Positions 47,689 to 57,218 of a stretch of DNA of 64,000 nt are shown here, in pieces. The notes under the pieces were generated by a model. It did not search any database. It was not told where the DNA came from and saw only the letters and a list, made by a program, of their open reading frames with translations. The first letter of the stretch is position 1, and the number at the start of each line of letters is the position of its first letter. Source of the stretch: a virus (lineage: Duplodnaviria > Caudoviricetes); the IMG/VR virus record IMGVR_UViG_3300036546_000248; one strand, written 5' to 3'. The translations under genes were made by a program, and so were the position numbers.

Positions 47689-48195
47689 CTAGGAGGAGAG
47701 TTTATCACCAATGCCGCTGCGTTTGATCTTCTCCAACTGCTCATTGAGGCGGTCGTTCTGAGGATCGATTACAGGGGCATTGATCATCTGGTAGGGGCTG
47801 GGTTTAAGGGGCTGTTGTCCAGGACGCCGGCGATAGATTGTCATGGGGAGGACAATCTTGTCTCGTTCAAACTCGATCTCGAGGGTCAACTTGGCAGAGA
47901 TCGGATTTATGAAGGACAAACCTTTCATAAACACGTTCCATGTCATGGTGTTTCGGGACAACTCTTTCGATAGGTTCCCGCGCGCGGACGACATGTCCTT
48001 GCCATTTTGCGGGATGCGGTTACGTGGATCTTCCAGATAACGAGGCATGCTGTTATTCCAGTCGATCACGCTAAACCGCGCTTCTCGCAAGATGGTGCGA
48101 AACGCTTTGCTTAAGACATCGCGCGCCTCATCTATCTTCTTGTCAGGGTCGTGGAGAATCTCCAGCATCTGACTGCGGTTTTCTCTGCCGTACAT
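47689..48195 (-). CDS. conserved hypothetical protein
   Basis: LSKAFRTIL...SSARGNLSKELSRNTMTWNVFMKGL motif; start uncertain. Confidence 0.7.
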   Translation of the reverse strand: MYGRENRSQMLEILHDPDKKIDEARDVLSKAFRTILREARFSVIDWNNSMPRYLEDPRNRIPQNGKDMSSARGNLSKELSRNTMTWNVFMKGLSFINPISAKLTLEIEFERDKIVLPMTIYRRRPGQQPLKPSPYQMINAPVIDPQNDRLNEQLEKIKRSGIGDKLSS

Positions 48196-48778
48196 GAGGT
48201 ATCTCCAAAAAGGCCAGGGTAAGTGCCTCGACTTCACCCATCAGGTGTGACAGCTGTCGATTGTAGTAATCGACACTACCCTGGCGCGTTATGCCGGCGC
48301 TGGTGAGACCTTTTTGAATAAACTCCAACTGTAGGATGATCGCATTGTATACCTCCAACGGTACAATTGGCGCATCGTCTGGAGTGACCAAATAGTCATC
48401 CAAAGTCACACGCCTTAAGTTTAATGGGTTTTCTCGACTGCGTTGAATCTTCTCGGATACTGTCTCATTCGCCGAAATTTGCTTACTGGCTAAGTTGAGC
48501 AATCGAATCAACTCGTAAGCGTTAGGGTGTGCGGTATTCAGATGGATGCGAATTCCAACGGCTACCACGTACCCCCTCAAGACATCCAGGTCCAGAAGAC
48601 GCAGAAGCTTGAGGCAATAGACTACATTTCTATGAAGGTAGTCATTGTCTGTATGTTCCGAGCGAATGCGACTTACGGCCTCTTCCACAGTCTCTTTACG
48701 GAGACCGCCAAAGAGTTTTCGTAGGTACTGCTCGAAAACATAATATAGGTTTGTAATTTTTTTCAAGGAAACCACCAT
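48143..48778 (-). CDS. hypothetical protein (start uncertain: 48778 or GTG 48688)
   Basis: Long ORF in an otherwise empty interval. Confidence 0.55.
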   Translation of the reverse strand: MVVSLKKITNLYYVFEQYLRKLFGGLRKETVEEAVSRIRSEHTDNDYLHRNVVYCLKLLRLLDLDVLRGYVVAVGIRIHLNTAHPNAYELIRLLNLASKQISANETVSEKIQRSRENPLNLRRVTLDDYLVTPDDAPIVPLEVYNAIILQLEFIQKGLTSAGITRQGSVDYYNRQLSHLMGEVEALTLAFLEIPHVRQRKPQSDAGDSPRP

Positions 48779-49187
48779 GTCCGAATTCAATTTGACCGAT
48801 GACGACATTCTTCGTCTGACCCAGGGTCAACGCAAAAAGCTACTCGACCACTACACTGAAAAAGGTATACCCGGCTCGATTGAAGAGCAAGAGGCCTTGA
48901 TGCGCCTACTGGCTGACATGGACCGCACGGCGCTGGGTAACAAGCGTGTCAAGACGGACGAGAAGCTAGCAGGTACTAACGAGTTGGTGGCTCAGGCCAT
49001 CACCGATGTGATCAAACATTTCGGTGGACAGAACCCGTTCGAGAACAACACCACAGGCGTGATCATTGACGCCATCCCAGAACCGGACACGAAGCTACTT
49101 CCAGCAGCCAACCCAGTCCCTGGGGAAATGAACATTGGGATCGAGTCCCATGACTTCAATGACTTCGTCAAGAAGTTTGAAGACTAA
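48777..49187 (+). CDS. conserved hypothetical protein (136 aa)
   Basis: AAGGA SD; followed by a terminator. Confidence 0.8.
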   Translation: MSEFNLTDDDILRLTQGQRKKLLDHYTEKGIPGSIEEQEALMRLLADMDRTALGNKRVKTDEKLAGTNELVAQAITDVIKHFGGQNPFENNTTGVIIDAIPEPDTKLLPAANPVPGEMNIGIESHDFNDFVKKFED

Positions 49188-49221
49188 CATATCATCAGGT
49201 ATTCAGTAACGGTTTACTGAC

Positions 49222-49257
49222 GGCATACAGGGCGGGGTGACCCGCCCTGTTTATGCA
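49222..49257. terminator. bidirectional terminator
   Basis: acagggcggg-gtga-cccgccctgt stem flanked by ggcata and ttatgc. Confidence 0.85.
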
Positions 49258-49991
49258 CGCAACAAGCTGAAGAAGGCAGGAGGTAACAGTTGTAGGGAGA
49301 TGTACACCGACATCACCATCTCACTTACCGCAAAGGGATTAACCTCACCGAAGTGCTCAACTGTACGGTCTTCTTTGGTAATGACTCGGTCATGGCTGAC
49401 AGCGGGTGCTAACAGATTGACTTCGGGAATCGCATGGGTGCGGAAGTTATCCTTCTGCGCCTCCATCCAACTCCAATAGTCGTACATCACCAATAGCGAA
49501 ACCTCACGCTTGATCCACTGAGGGGTCAACTGTTCTGGTTTCATAAAGACCATCTTGACTTCAACCACATTGCCTGTGAGGATCTCACAGGCCTGTTGAA
49601 TGGCGGCCACCTCAAGCTCTTCGAGTTGATAAGGCCAGTAGTTAACCAAATACTGCGTACGTGACACGAAGGGTAGGTTAACTTGACTCACCACTAACGC
49701 TTCACTCAGTTCCTCTAAGATCCGAATGATGTTAGTGGGCCTTGCTGCTATCAAAGCTTGTTTGTCGCGCGCTTTCCACCACTGCTTAAATTGGCTATGG
49801 GTAACCAACCCTTGAGTCAACTCGGAGTAGTCGTCAGACTCACGGGTCCAATAGCCCTCCTGCATCAACATCGTGGCGGCTTCAGGCGAATGAATAGCGA
49901 CTACCCCCACCCGCGTATCCAACAAGCTGTCAAGGTCGATGTAGACCTTCTGATCGAACTCAGAGGGTGTTGAGGAAGTCTGGTTTGACAT
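49251..49991 (-). CDS. conserved jumbo-phage protein with a HAD-like N-terminal motif
   Basis: VYIDLDSLLDTR resembles HAD motif I (DxD). Confidence 0.65.
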   Translation of the reverse strand: MSNQTSSTPSEFDQKVYIDLDSLLDTRVGVVAIHSPEAATMLMQEGYWTRESDDYSELTQGLVTHSQFKQWWKARDKQALIAARPTNIIRILEELSEALVVSQVNLPFVSRTQYLVNYWPYQLEELEVAAIQQACEILTGNVVEVKMVFMKPEQLTPQWIKREVSLLVMYDYWSWMEAQKDNFRTHAIPEVNLLAPAVSHDRVITKEDRTVEHFGEVNPFAVSEMVMSVYISLQLLPPAFFSLLRA

Positions 49992-50466
49992 ACTCGTCCC
50001 TACCTAGTGCGATCAACAGCACAACTGCGAACCACGGGTTATTGGTAATGAGAGGTTCTACTTCAGTCGGACCCACTACCCGCTCGTAATAGTCGGCGTC
50101 CAACGCCCCTTGTTCTTTGGTCACCACTTGGGCTGCAAACCGCAGCGCTTTAGCCACCTCGGTGTGAAAGTCGTGTTGAACATGAGTCAGCATCAACAAC
50201 GTCACTTCAGTCACCATCTCCTGAACAACGCTTTCTTCACGAATCTCCTCCCACAAATCCTCGACGACATCGTCGGTGATAAAGAGTGGTTGGAAGTCCA
50301 GGCGCAATTTACTTACGAACTGGAACACCTTAAGACGTTCTTCAAGCATTGTCTTGGTGGCAGTGTTCTGATCGGCCCGAATCGCAACGAGTCGATTGAT
50401 GTAGCTGTTCACCATGGCGTGGGTTTGTTGGCAGAGATGCGTAAAGTTTTCGTGCTGATTCATCAT
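49960..50466 (-). CDS. conserved hypothetical protein (168 aa)
   Basis: Coupled to the gp149-like gene. Confidence 0.75.
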   Translation of the reverse strand: MMNQHENFTHLCQQTHAMVNSYINRLVAIRADQNTATKTMLEERLKVFQFVSKLRLDFQPLFITDDVVEDLWEEIREESVVQEMVTEVTLLMLTHVQHDFHTEVAKALRFAAQVVTKEQGALDADYYERVVGPTEVEPLITNNPWFAVVLLIALGRDEYVKPDFLNTL

Positions 50467-51134
50467 TTATCCAACGTGTTGTCCAAGTGCATCGCTTTGA
50501 GTAAGGTACTAAGGGTCGTGACTGACTTCACCTTGGTACCTGCTTGACCCAAATGTTCGATCGAAGCCCCACCCGTCTCGTAGATGCTTCGGTTCATGGC
50601 GTTAAAGCCTTTGGCGTCACCGCCACGGAACTTAATCAGTTCGGTGATGGTGTAATCCAAGTTCTGGGCAAAAAGCACCTGTAGCTCCGGGAAGGAGATC
50701 TTCGAACCTTTAGAGGCTCCCGTGGGTTGTCCTGACAGGTCATCGACATGCTTGTTGTTCTCAGGAATCGAAACCTTCTTTTGGAGTAACTGTACTTGTC
50801 GACGCACCGGAAGATCAACCACCATATAACGAATGGGGGTGAGGTAGGTCATACCTGTGGTGGGGTCAGTCAGAACCAAGCGTTGGAAGAACTCGTGGTT
50901 CAGCTCTTTGGCAATCTTAAGGTTTCGCTCAAGATCCAAACGGTCTTTGGTCAGGTTTGGAGAGATGATAGACAGGTTGGCTTCACCACTCTCCAACTGT
51001 TGCATGAACTGATCGAATTGGCGATCAGACATAGCGGCAAACATTTCTTCATACCGGGCGCGATTAGGGCTACCCGGCAAGAGTTTGTCGATGTACTTCA
51101 AAATGAATTCTGTGGCGGCTTTGCGATTACCCAT
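50463..51134 (-). CDS. virion RNA polymerase beta C-terminal subunit (phiKZ gp149-like)
   Basis: LPVRRQVQLLQKK...DDLSGQPTGASKGSKISFPE, equivalent to the RpoB C-terminal GQR/GEME region; ATG 51134 with GGAG SD. Confidence 0.8.
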   Translation of the reverse strand: MGNRKAATEFILKYIDKLLPGSPNRARYEEMFAAMSDRQFDQFMQQLESGEANLSIISPNLTKDRLDLERNLKIAKELNHEFFQRLVLTDPTTGMTYLTPIRYMVVDLPVRRQVQLLQKKVSIPENNKHVDDLSGQPTGASKGSKISFPELQVLFAQNLDYTITELIKFRGGDAKGFNAMNRSIYETGGASIEHLGQAGTKVKSVTTLSTLLKAMHLDNTLDK

Positions 51135-51148
51135 GACTTCTCCCCCGA

Positions 51149-51601
51149 CTACCAATCACAGACTACATCAAGCACCCCAATGCACAGGGATTTGGCCATA
51201 CCCCGTACAGTCAAGTTCACAGGTTCGTTTAGCCCGTGGAACGAGATCAGGTGGGTGAGGTGCTTAAATTCGTACTCTAACTGTTGATAGTACTCTGCAC
51301 TTAAAGGTGCGTGAAATATGTAAGCGGCTGATTTGGAAAATGCGATGTCCTGAACCAAACTGGACATACGCAACACCGTTGGTTGTGTTCCAATGAAACG
51401 AACGGCCACCCCCAAGCGCGGGTCGTCAGGGTCCCACCCTAAACTGGTCAATGCTGACAGCAGTGTATGGCGAAAGGACTGAGCATCCAAATTGGGGGTC
51501 GATGCAAAAACACCAACCACCACAGAATCGTACAGACCTGTTGTCGCCATATTGACTTTGGCTGATGGTTGGGGAGCTATGCCCAATAGGAAGTCATCCA
51601 T
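51149..51601 (-). CDS. hypothetical protein (150 aa)
   Basis: ORF within the operon. Confidence 0.65.
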   Translation of the reverse strand: MDDFLLGIAPQPSAKVNMATTGLYDSVVVGVFASTPNLDAQSFRHTLLSALTSLGWDPDDPRLGVAVRFIGTQPTVLRMSSLVQDIAFSKSAAYIFHAPLSAEYYQQLEYEFKHLTHLISFHGLNEPVNLTVRGMAKSLCIGVLDVVCDW

Positions 51602-51606
51602 TCGGA

Positions 51607-51873
51607 TTACACTCCGTGTCGGGCAAGCGTCGGAAAAACATGGCGTTCCAGATCACGCAACCAGAGCCCTACAGGACGTTGGTCGATCAGGTATTCGCGC
51701 TCTTTCTGAGTGTTGACTTCCAGTGAGCCGAGGTGGCAACGCAGAAAGCCGTTGATTTCAGCCTGTTGGGCTTGTGGAGTCTTTGCCGTACAGGTGAAGT
51801 TTTGACTGAACTTTTGAGCGACCTCCGGACAGGAACGCTCCAGTCTCTCCAGCAATTTATTCATGGTACTCAT
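51607..51873 (-). CDS. conserved hypothetical protein (88 aa)
   Basis: ORF with AGGA SD. Confidence 0.7.
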   Translation of the reverse strand: MSTMNKLLERLERSCPEVAQKFSQNFTCTAKTPQAQQAEINGFLRCHLGSLEVNTQKEREYLIDQRPVGLWLRDLERHVFPTLARHGV

Positions 51874-51985
51874 CCTAGTTATCCTCGAATGAAGTTAGTG
51901 GGCTGTAAGGAAACAACCTTCGTATCATTACGAGTAGTGTTGGCATTTGTTCTATATGGTAGGTGATGCATTTAAAAAATAACCG

Positions 51986-52015
51986 TCATACGCTCAGGCA
52001 GAAGCCTGAGCGTAG
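51986..52015 (-). terminator. hairpin terminator
   Basis: tacgctcaggc-agaa-gcctgagcgta stem next to gtcata. Confidence 0.8.
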
Positions 52016-52023
52016 AGGACAGG

Positions 52024-52173
52024 TTAGTCGTGTCGGCGAGTAAGGCCCAAAGCGAGGCGCAACAGACTCATCAAACCAAACGATCGCCGCTTAAGGCGTT
52101 CAGCAGTAAACGGATCAATCTGACGATCTTCGGTTACAATGTCCAAGGTGCGAAGCCCGAGTGGGCTCATCAT
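52024..52173 (-). CDS. small basic hypothetical protein (49 aa), absent from the ORF track
   Basis: MMSPLGLRTLDIVTEDRQIDPFTAERLKRRSFGLMSLLRLALGLTRRHD; ATGA overlap with the recA-like stop; ends just before the terminator. Confidence 0.5.
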   Translation of the reverse strand: MMSPLGLRTLDIVTEDRQIDPFTAERLKRRSFGLMSLLRLALGLTRRHD

Positions 52174-53558
52174 TTAAAACCCTCCGGACTGTACTCCCCT
52201 TTAGCCATGCGCAGGATGTCGAAGGTCGACAGGAACTTACGTGGATTCGAAGCTTCGTCCTCCTTGTAGATCCAGTAGCCCCGACTGTTCAGGATCTTCT
52301 TCCAGTCGTAACCTTGCTCTTTGATCTTGGCGTACAGCTCAGCCGGTGCCATCATGTAGTCAATGGTTTGGCTGAACCCGAGAACATCCATCTGGCAGAG
52401 TTCGGAGGTGATTTCTGCAGCCCGCTTTTGTTCGTAGGTTTCCACCAACTTACTGCGCACGGTGGTACGTTGCATCACCACTTCGGGGTTGATGTCGAAG
52501 TAGTAAGCGCGGTCGTGACCACCCAGACCAAACTTGTAGAACTTGCAGTAGTTGAATTCGGACAACGACGCCAGCAGACCATCACGCTGCGAATAGATCA
52601 CTTCGAACGGCATCCCTGTAGGGCCAGACTTGGCCCGCAGGTTCTGCAACGTCAGCAGGTTGAGGTCGGTATCCCCCTTGAGGTTGTCATCAGAGTTCTC
52701 CGGGTACTCGGGTCCCTTGGTGGTGGCGTTCTGTAGTACCGAAACGCTATGGCAGTACCAGAGGTTGTTGGTGAGGAAGGTGAACTTCTCCGGAACGTTT
52801 TTGAAGACGTTCTTACCTTTAAGGAAGGCCAACTTCTTCGGGTCCGGGGCGTACGGGTCGAGTTGATGTTTGTCACCCACGTGAGCTGTGGTGATCACGA
52901 AGTTCGAGGCACCAGCTGTCATGTTCGGCAACTGCATCAACATCTGCGTCTTGGCCGCCGCAGAGCGCAGAGCGTCGGTGTTGGCACCAGAGTCACCGAT
53001 CTGGTTCTTGTCGTAGATACCTTCGACCGAGTCGGTGATGAACATACTGAGCGAATCGATCTCGAACAGGTGAGCCATCAGCGTTTGGATGTTGTTACCC
53101 TTGTTGTCCACGAACGGCAGTGTCCGAGTCATGGACTTCGTTTCTTTACGCTTGGCGTTAGAGAAGTCGCGGAAACGATCGAACCACTTGTTACCCGAGA
53201 TCATGGTCGAGTCGGTGAGGATCAGCTTACGCAGGTCCACCAAATCCAACCCTTGAAGTTCGGGGAACGTAGAGGCGAGGTGATACAGACGCTCCAACAT
53301 CAGCGACACTTCGGTGTCGTAGAAGTTAGCAGGACTGCCGTAGCGCGCCAAGGCGCAAAGCATCATGTAGTGTGCAACAAGGGATTTACCCATGTTACCG
53401 CGACCCCCAATCCCGGTAAACGGAGCAAGACCACCGTTAAGGATCATCTCACCGTTTTTACCTTCGTAGTATCGGCCGGTGGGGATGTCCATCAGACAGC
53501 CGAGGTTGAGGAAAGGGCGCAGACGTGGCGCTTGGTCAAAATAGTCAGAAAGTTCCAT
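52170..53558 (-). CDS. uvsX: RecA/UvsX-like recombinase (phiKZ gp152-like)
   Basis: Walker A GRGNMGKS, Walker B FEIDSLS, KSGPTG motif; synteny with RNase H. Confidence 0.85.
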   Translation of the reverse strand: MELSDYFDQAPRLRPFLNLGCLMDIPTGRYYEGKNGEMILNGGLAPFTGIGGRGNMGKSLVAHYMMLCALARYGSPANFYDTEVSLMLERLYHLASTFPELQGLDLVDLRKLILTDSTMISGNKWFDRFRDFSNAKRKETKSMTRTLPFVDNKGNNIQTLMAHLFEIDSLSMFITDSVEGIYDKNQIGDSGANTDALRSAAAKTQMLMQLPNMTAGASNFVITTAHVGDKHQLDPYAPDPKKLAFLKGKNVFKNVPEKFTFLTNNLWYCHSVSVLQNATTKGPEYPENSDDNLKGDTDLNLLTLQNLRAKSGPTGMPFEVIYSQRDGLLASLSEFNYCKFYKFGLGGHDRAYYFDINPEVVMQRTTVRSKLVETYEQKRAAEITSELCQMDVLGFSQTIDYMMAPAELYAKIKEQGYDWKKILNSRGYWIYKEDEASNPRKFLSTFDILRMAKGEYSPEGFK

Positions 53559-53670
53559 TCAAAATACTCGCTTGAACCGTGTTGGGTCGTGTTAAGTGTT
53601 GTTACTCACATTGATATCCGAAAGATGTTTATTTTTATGACCCCACCTTCCCTATCACCTTGAGGTAGTT

Positions 53671-54486
53671 ATGGACTTTACCATTTCATTGGAACAACAG
53701 GCGTCTCTGTTGTCGATGGAGGCATTCAACGTCAAAGCGTCGATGCAAGCCGTCACTCGTGTTTTCCCTTCGTTTGCCCGTAACGTTCAGGACAAACTGA
53801 AAACCTTTCTGGCCACCGAACCTCCGATGATCCCGGCAGTAAAGCCCTTGAGCATGGCCAAACTCAAGAGCATCAATTTCGCCGCTCATCGCAAGACCCA
53901 AGTCTATGGACCTTTGGGACTGAAGGTCACTTACGGTGAGTACCTCCACGCCCTCGATGCATCGATTGATGTGGTGACCCAACTCCAAGAAAAGCAGGTG
54001 GGTGCGCTCACTCAATTTGCTAACGGCTTGTTGGCAGAACCAGGTCGCTTCAATAGCGCCCGTTCCGATAAGCCAGTCCTGCCGTTTGGGGAAGACACTA
54101 TCGTTGAGTGCCGCAAGAAGATCGACAAGTGCGTGGATCGTGCCAGCACCCAATCGATTCACGAATACGGCAAGCTGTTTCGCAACAACACCGAAGTACA
54201 CATCACCACGGAACAGGTCAACGGTATGATCGACCGCTACCTGCGCGTTAACCGTGAAGAGCTGATTCAATCGGTGGCTGATTGCGTGGACGTACTGGAA
54301 CGCATGGCTGATCGCCTGGAACACGACGATAGCTTCAAGCCTAACGGTGCAACGCTGTCTGCACTGACTCAAGGCATCCTCACCACCGCTAAACTGGTTG
54401 AGTTCTTTTCGGTCACAGGCTTCCTGCTTGCAGAAGTCGCCGGTTGTGTACAAGAGACCAATAAAGGCGTTGAGCGCTTGGCGTAA
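53671..54486 (+). CDS. virion head protein (phiKZ gp153-like) with a short propeptide
   Basis: N-terminal SLE and SME motifs; syntenic position. Confidence 0.7.
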   Translation: MDFTISLEQQASLLSMEAFNVKASMQAVTRVFPSFARNVQDKLKTFLATEPPMIPAVKPLSMAKLKSINFAAHRKTQVYGPLGLKVTYGEYLHALDASIDVVTQLQEKQVGALTQFANGLLAEPGRFNSARSDKPVLPFGEDTIVECRKKIDKCVDRASTQSIHEYGKLFRNNTEVHITTEQVNGMIDRYLRVNREELIQSVADCVDVLERMADRLEHDDSFKPNGATLSALTQGILTTAKLVEFFSVTGFLLAEVAGCVQETNKGVERLA

Positions 54487-54488
54487 CG

Positions 54489-54544
54489 GGCATAAACACC
54501 TGACTACCCCATCCCATCCAGGGAGGGGTAGTCAGCCTATGCCG
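54489..54544. terminator. bidirectional hairpin terminator
   Basis: ctgactacccc...ggggtagtcag stem flanked by ggcataa and tatgcc. Confidence 0.75.
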
Positions 54545-54550
54545 CTTATA

Positions 54551-54958
54551 TCAAGCCGCTTGTAGGCGCGTGTGGTTAACCACGCCGCGAATGTCGTCGA
54601 CCATGACCTCGTCGGTATCGTAACGCAACCATTGAGGGATATTGGCCACCAGCTTGTCGTAGGTACTTTCAGATGCAGTGTTGAGATCCACGCCCTCCAA
54701 CTCAATACCCTCCCAAATCCGTTTGGACACCATCGCTGGAAATTCCAGCGCCTCAGGGCATGAAGCCAGACCCAGCGTAGCATTCAGACGCTCCAACTCA
54801 TCCGGCGTTATCGCTTTGAGATGACGCATCCCCGAGAACACACCGACCAACAACATCAGCTTCTTCCCGTAGCGCGGCAACCCGAAACGAAGAATCACGC
54901 CGAGTAGCCGGCGATTGCAGCGCTCGAGCTTCTCCGTTGCAGTTCCGATCAGGTTCAT
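54551..54958 (-). CDS. conserved hypothetical protein (135 aa)
   Basis: ORF downstream of RNase H. Confidence 0.75.
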   Translation of the reverse strand: MNLIGTATEKLERCNRRLLGVILRFGLPRYGKKLMLLVGVFSGMRHLKAITPDELERLNATLGLASCPEALEFPAMVSKRIWEGIELEGVDLNTASESTYDKLVANIPQWLRYDTDEVMVDDIRGVVNHTRLQAA

Positions 54959-54970
54959 GTATAGACCTAC

Positions 54971-56659
54971 TTAACCAGGTAGTAGACAAATGTTTGAATA
55001 AACACTCGCCCAGATGCCTGCGTCATCCACTGTTTCAATCACCACGCCATACCGGAAGGCCTGATCGCTTTCACGCCAGGTGACCACCGTTACAGTCGGC
55101 GATTGTTCCGCAATCCCAGACATCAGGTTACGGATACCGACGTCCAACCCAAAGGTGATCGGGATTTTAAATTCCCCGCTCTTAACCCCCGTGTCGTACG
55201 CTGCAACAACGTCCATCTTTTTGACGGCATTGTTGATGCTCGGCAACAGTTTATTAACAGGCTTCTTGGCGGATTTATCCTCCGCGTAAAACATTGAGGT
55301 GATATCCGTCTTAACCAGCGGGATCGACTGCTCCAAATCCAAATGGTTTCGAAGCACCTCTTCGAGTGCAGAGAGGTTTTCAGCCAATCGGAACGCGGTC
55401 AACGGCGGACGCAGCTCACGGGTCAGTAACACATCGTTTGCCGTACAAACGTCATTACGACCGAAGTTTGGAGTGTGAAGGAAGTTAGTACCGTTTTCCT
55501 GAATATCGGCGTAGTTCGTCGCACTCAGAATGTTGGACAACCGCCCCACGATGACGTTGCTGAACTCACCCTTGTCCAGTTCGTCTTGGTAAGTGGTCAA
55601 ACGTTCCAAAACAGGATCGCTTTCTTTGAAGTACAGTACCGCAAAACCTGCATCACTTACCTTCTTGCCAATGAATTCATCCTCAGTACCGTGGTCGCCC
55701 ACGAAGTACACCACACGATCGTCGGGGGATTTGAGAGGGCCACCCACATGCGTGTTGAAGTACCAGTACGGGTGATTCAAAAGCTTATTGTACGAAACTT
55801 TGTTCGTCCAATACCCTTTGGCTTCGGTGATCTTGTGTTCATTGATCTCCAAACCCTTTCGGCCAGCAATGATGCAGCGTGAGGCTTGGGCATCGACGAG
55901 AGTGTTACCAAAATCGCCAGCATGACCCTGCACCCACTCCAGCTGTACATTGCACCCGTTTGCACGCAGTTGACGAGCGAGTTTCAATAGCTCGATCCAC
56001 TCTTCCACGTTAGCCACAGGTTCACCGTCACGACGGCGCCAGCCTTGCGCTTCCCAGTTATCGCAGTACGTCAAACCCTTTATGACGTAGTTACTATCCG
56101 TCAACAACAACAGATCTTTTACACCGTGCGCTATAGCATACCGCAGCGCATTCGTCGCTGCTGTCAATTCAGCGATGTTGTTGGTGCTGATTGGGATCAA
56201 ACTACCGTAACCATCCAGGTATTTCACCGGTGTCACTACTTGGATTTTGTCGATGGTCATCTGGGTACGAGGGAAGAAAGAACCCAAGCCTTCCATCGAC
56301 TTCAATTCTTCATAGGTCGTCTTGTCATCGACATACCCCATGTTGGTCAGTACTGCTTGACACCCAGAGCCTTGTTTGGGTACGTCCAAGGTATAGAGAT
56401 ATCCATGAACACCCCAACCACCGATACCCCGAGACGGCTTACATCCCCCATCGCTATAAAAGACAGCGCCCAGATCACGACGCTCCATCGCCTCGATGGT
56501 TTTCTTGGCTACGTCGAGTGGGTTGATGGGTTTTGAGAGATCCTGTCCACTCAGAGCTTCAGCCACGGTTGCTACAGCCGCCATGGCTTCAGGGGAAAGC
56601 TTGCCCTTGGTATGGGAACCAAACAATCCAGCATTTTTGATTTTAATAGTGTCAGTCAC
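54971..56659 (-). CDS. rnhA: ribonuclease HI with a C-terminal extension (phiKZ gp155-like)
   Basis: YSDGGC...GGWG, TNNIAELTA, TDSNYV, WVQGHAGDFGNTLVD. Confidence 0.92.
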   Translation of the reverse strand: MTDTIKIKNAGLFGSHTKGKLSPEAMAAVATVAEALSGQDLSKPINPLDVAKKTIEAMERRDLGAVFYSDGGCKPSRGIGGWGVHGYLYTLDVPKQGSGCQAVLTNMGYVDDKTTYEELKSMEGLGSFFPRTQMTIDKIQVVTPVKYLDGYGSLIPISTNNIAELTAATNALRYAIAHGVKDLLLLTDSNYVIKGLTYCDNWEAQGWRRRDGEPVANVEEWIELLKLARQLRANGCNVQLEWVQGHAGDFGNTLVDAQASRCIIAGRKGLEINEHKITEAKGYWTNKVSYNKLLNHPYWYFNTHVGGPLKSPDDRVVYFVGDHGTEDEFIGKKVSDAGFAVLYFKESDPVLERLTTYQDELDKGEFSNVIVGRLSNILSATNYADIQENGTNFLHTPNFGRNDVCTANDVLLTRELRPPLTAFRLAENLSALEEVLRNHLDLEQSIPLVKTDITSMFYAEDKSAKKPVNKLLPSINNAVKKMDVVAAYDTGVKSGEFKIPITFGLDVGIRNLMSGIAEQSPTVTVVTWRESDQAFRYGVVIETVDDAGIWASVYSNICLLPG

Positions 56660-56712
56660 AGTCTTGGCCTTTTAGTCCGGTCTACTACTTCATAGCGCTT
56701 TGCTATAAGCTT

Positions 56713-57144
56713 TTACTGGACCGGTTTAGGGTAACCTAACCGATCACGCAACATCTCGATAGTGAGTCTCATCTCACCCAGACGCTCTTCACGCAATTGG
56801 ATGGTTTTATTGGCCTCAGCCAAATCAATCTCATACTGGTGGTTCTGTTGCTTAAGCTCAACCACCTCGATCCGAATGGCCGACAGCTCTTCGGTCAATT
56901 TTCGGTGATCGGCTTCCACCACCTCAAAACCTCGTTTAAGTTCACGAATCTTTTCTTGGTTGGCCATAAGCGTATCCAAGTGATCCAGATTTAGCATGAA
57001 CAAAACGATACACGCCAAGAACACACCCAGTACCGCTCGGTTGTGTATGATGGCTTCACGAAAGTCTTTGTTCTTGATAAAGACTTCCTTCAAAAACGGT
57101 AACAGCTTAACCAGTAAGCCGAACAGCGCTACGATATTGGTCAC
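56713..57144 (-). CDS. membrane protein with a C-terminal coiled coil
   Basis: GTG 57144 with AAGGAG SD; hydrophobic IVALFGLLVKLLPFL and AVLGVFLACIVLFML; long heptad-rich tail. Confidence 0.75.
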   Translation of the reverse strand: MTNIVALFGLLVKLLPFLKEVFIKNKDFREAIIHNRAVLGVFLACIVLFMLNLDHLDTLMANQEKIRELKRGFEVVEADHRKLTEELSAIRIEVVELKQQNHQYEIDLAEANKTIQLREERLGEMRLTIEMLRDRLGYPKPVQ

Positions 57145-57218
57145 AGACGGCTCCTTAAAAACTCGTAATACTATAGACAGCCCAGTCACGGAACTCCCAG
57201 ATAATTGAGGTAAATTCC

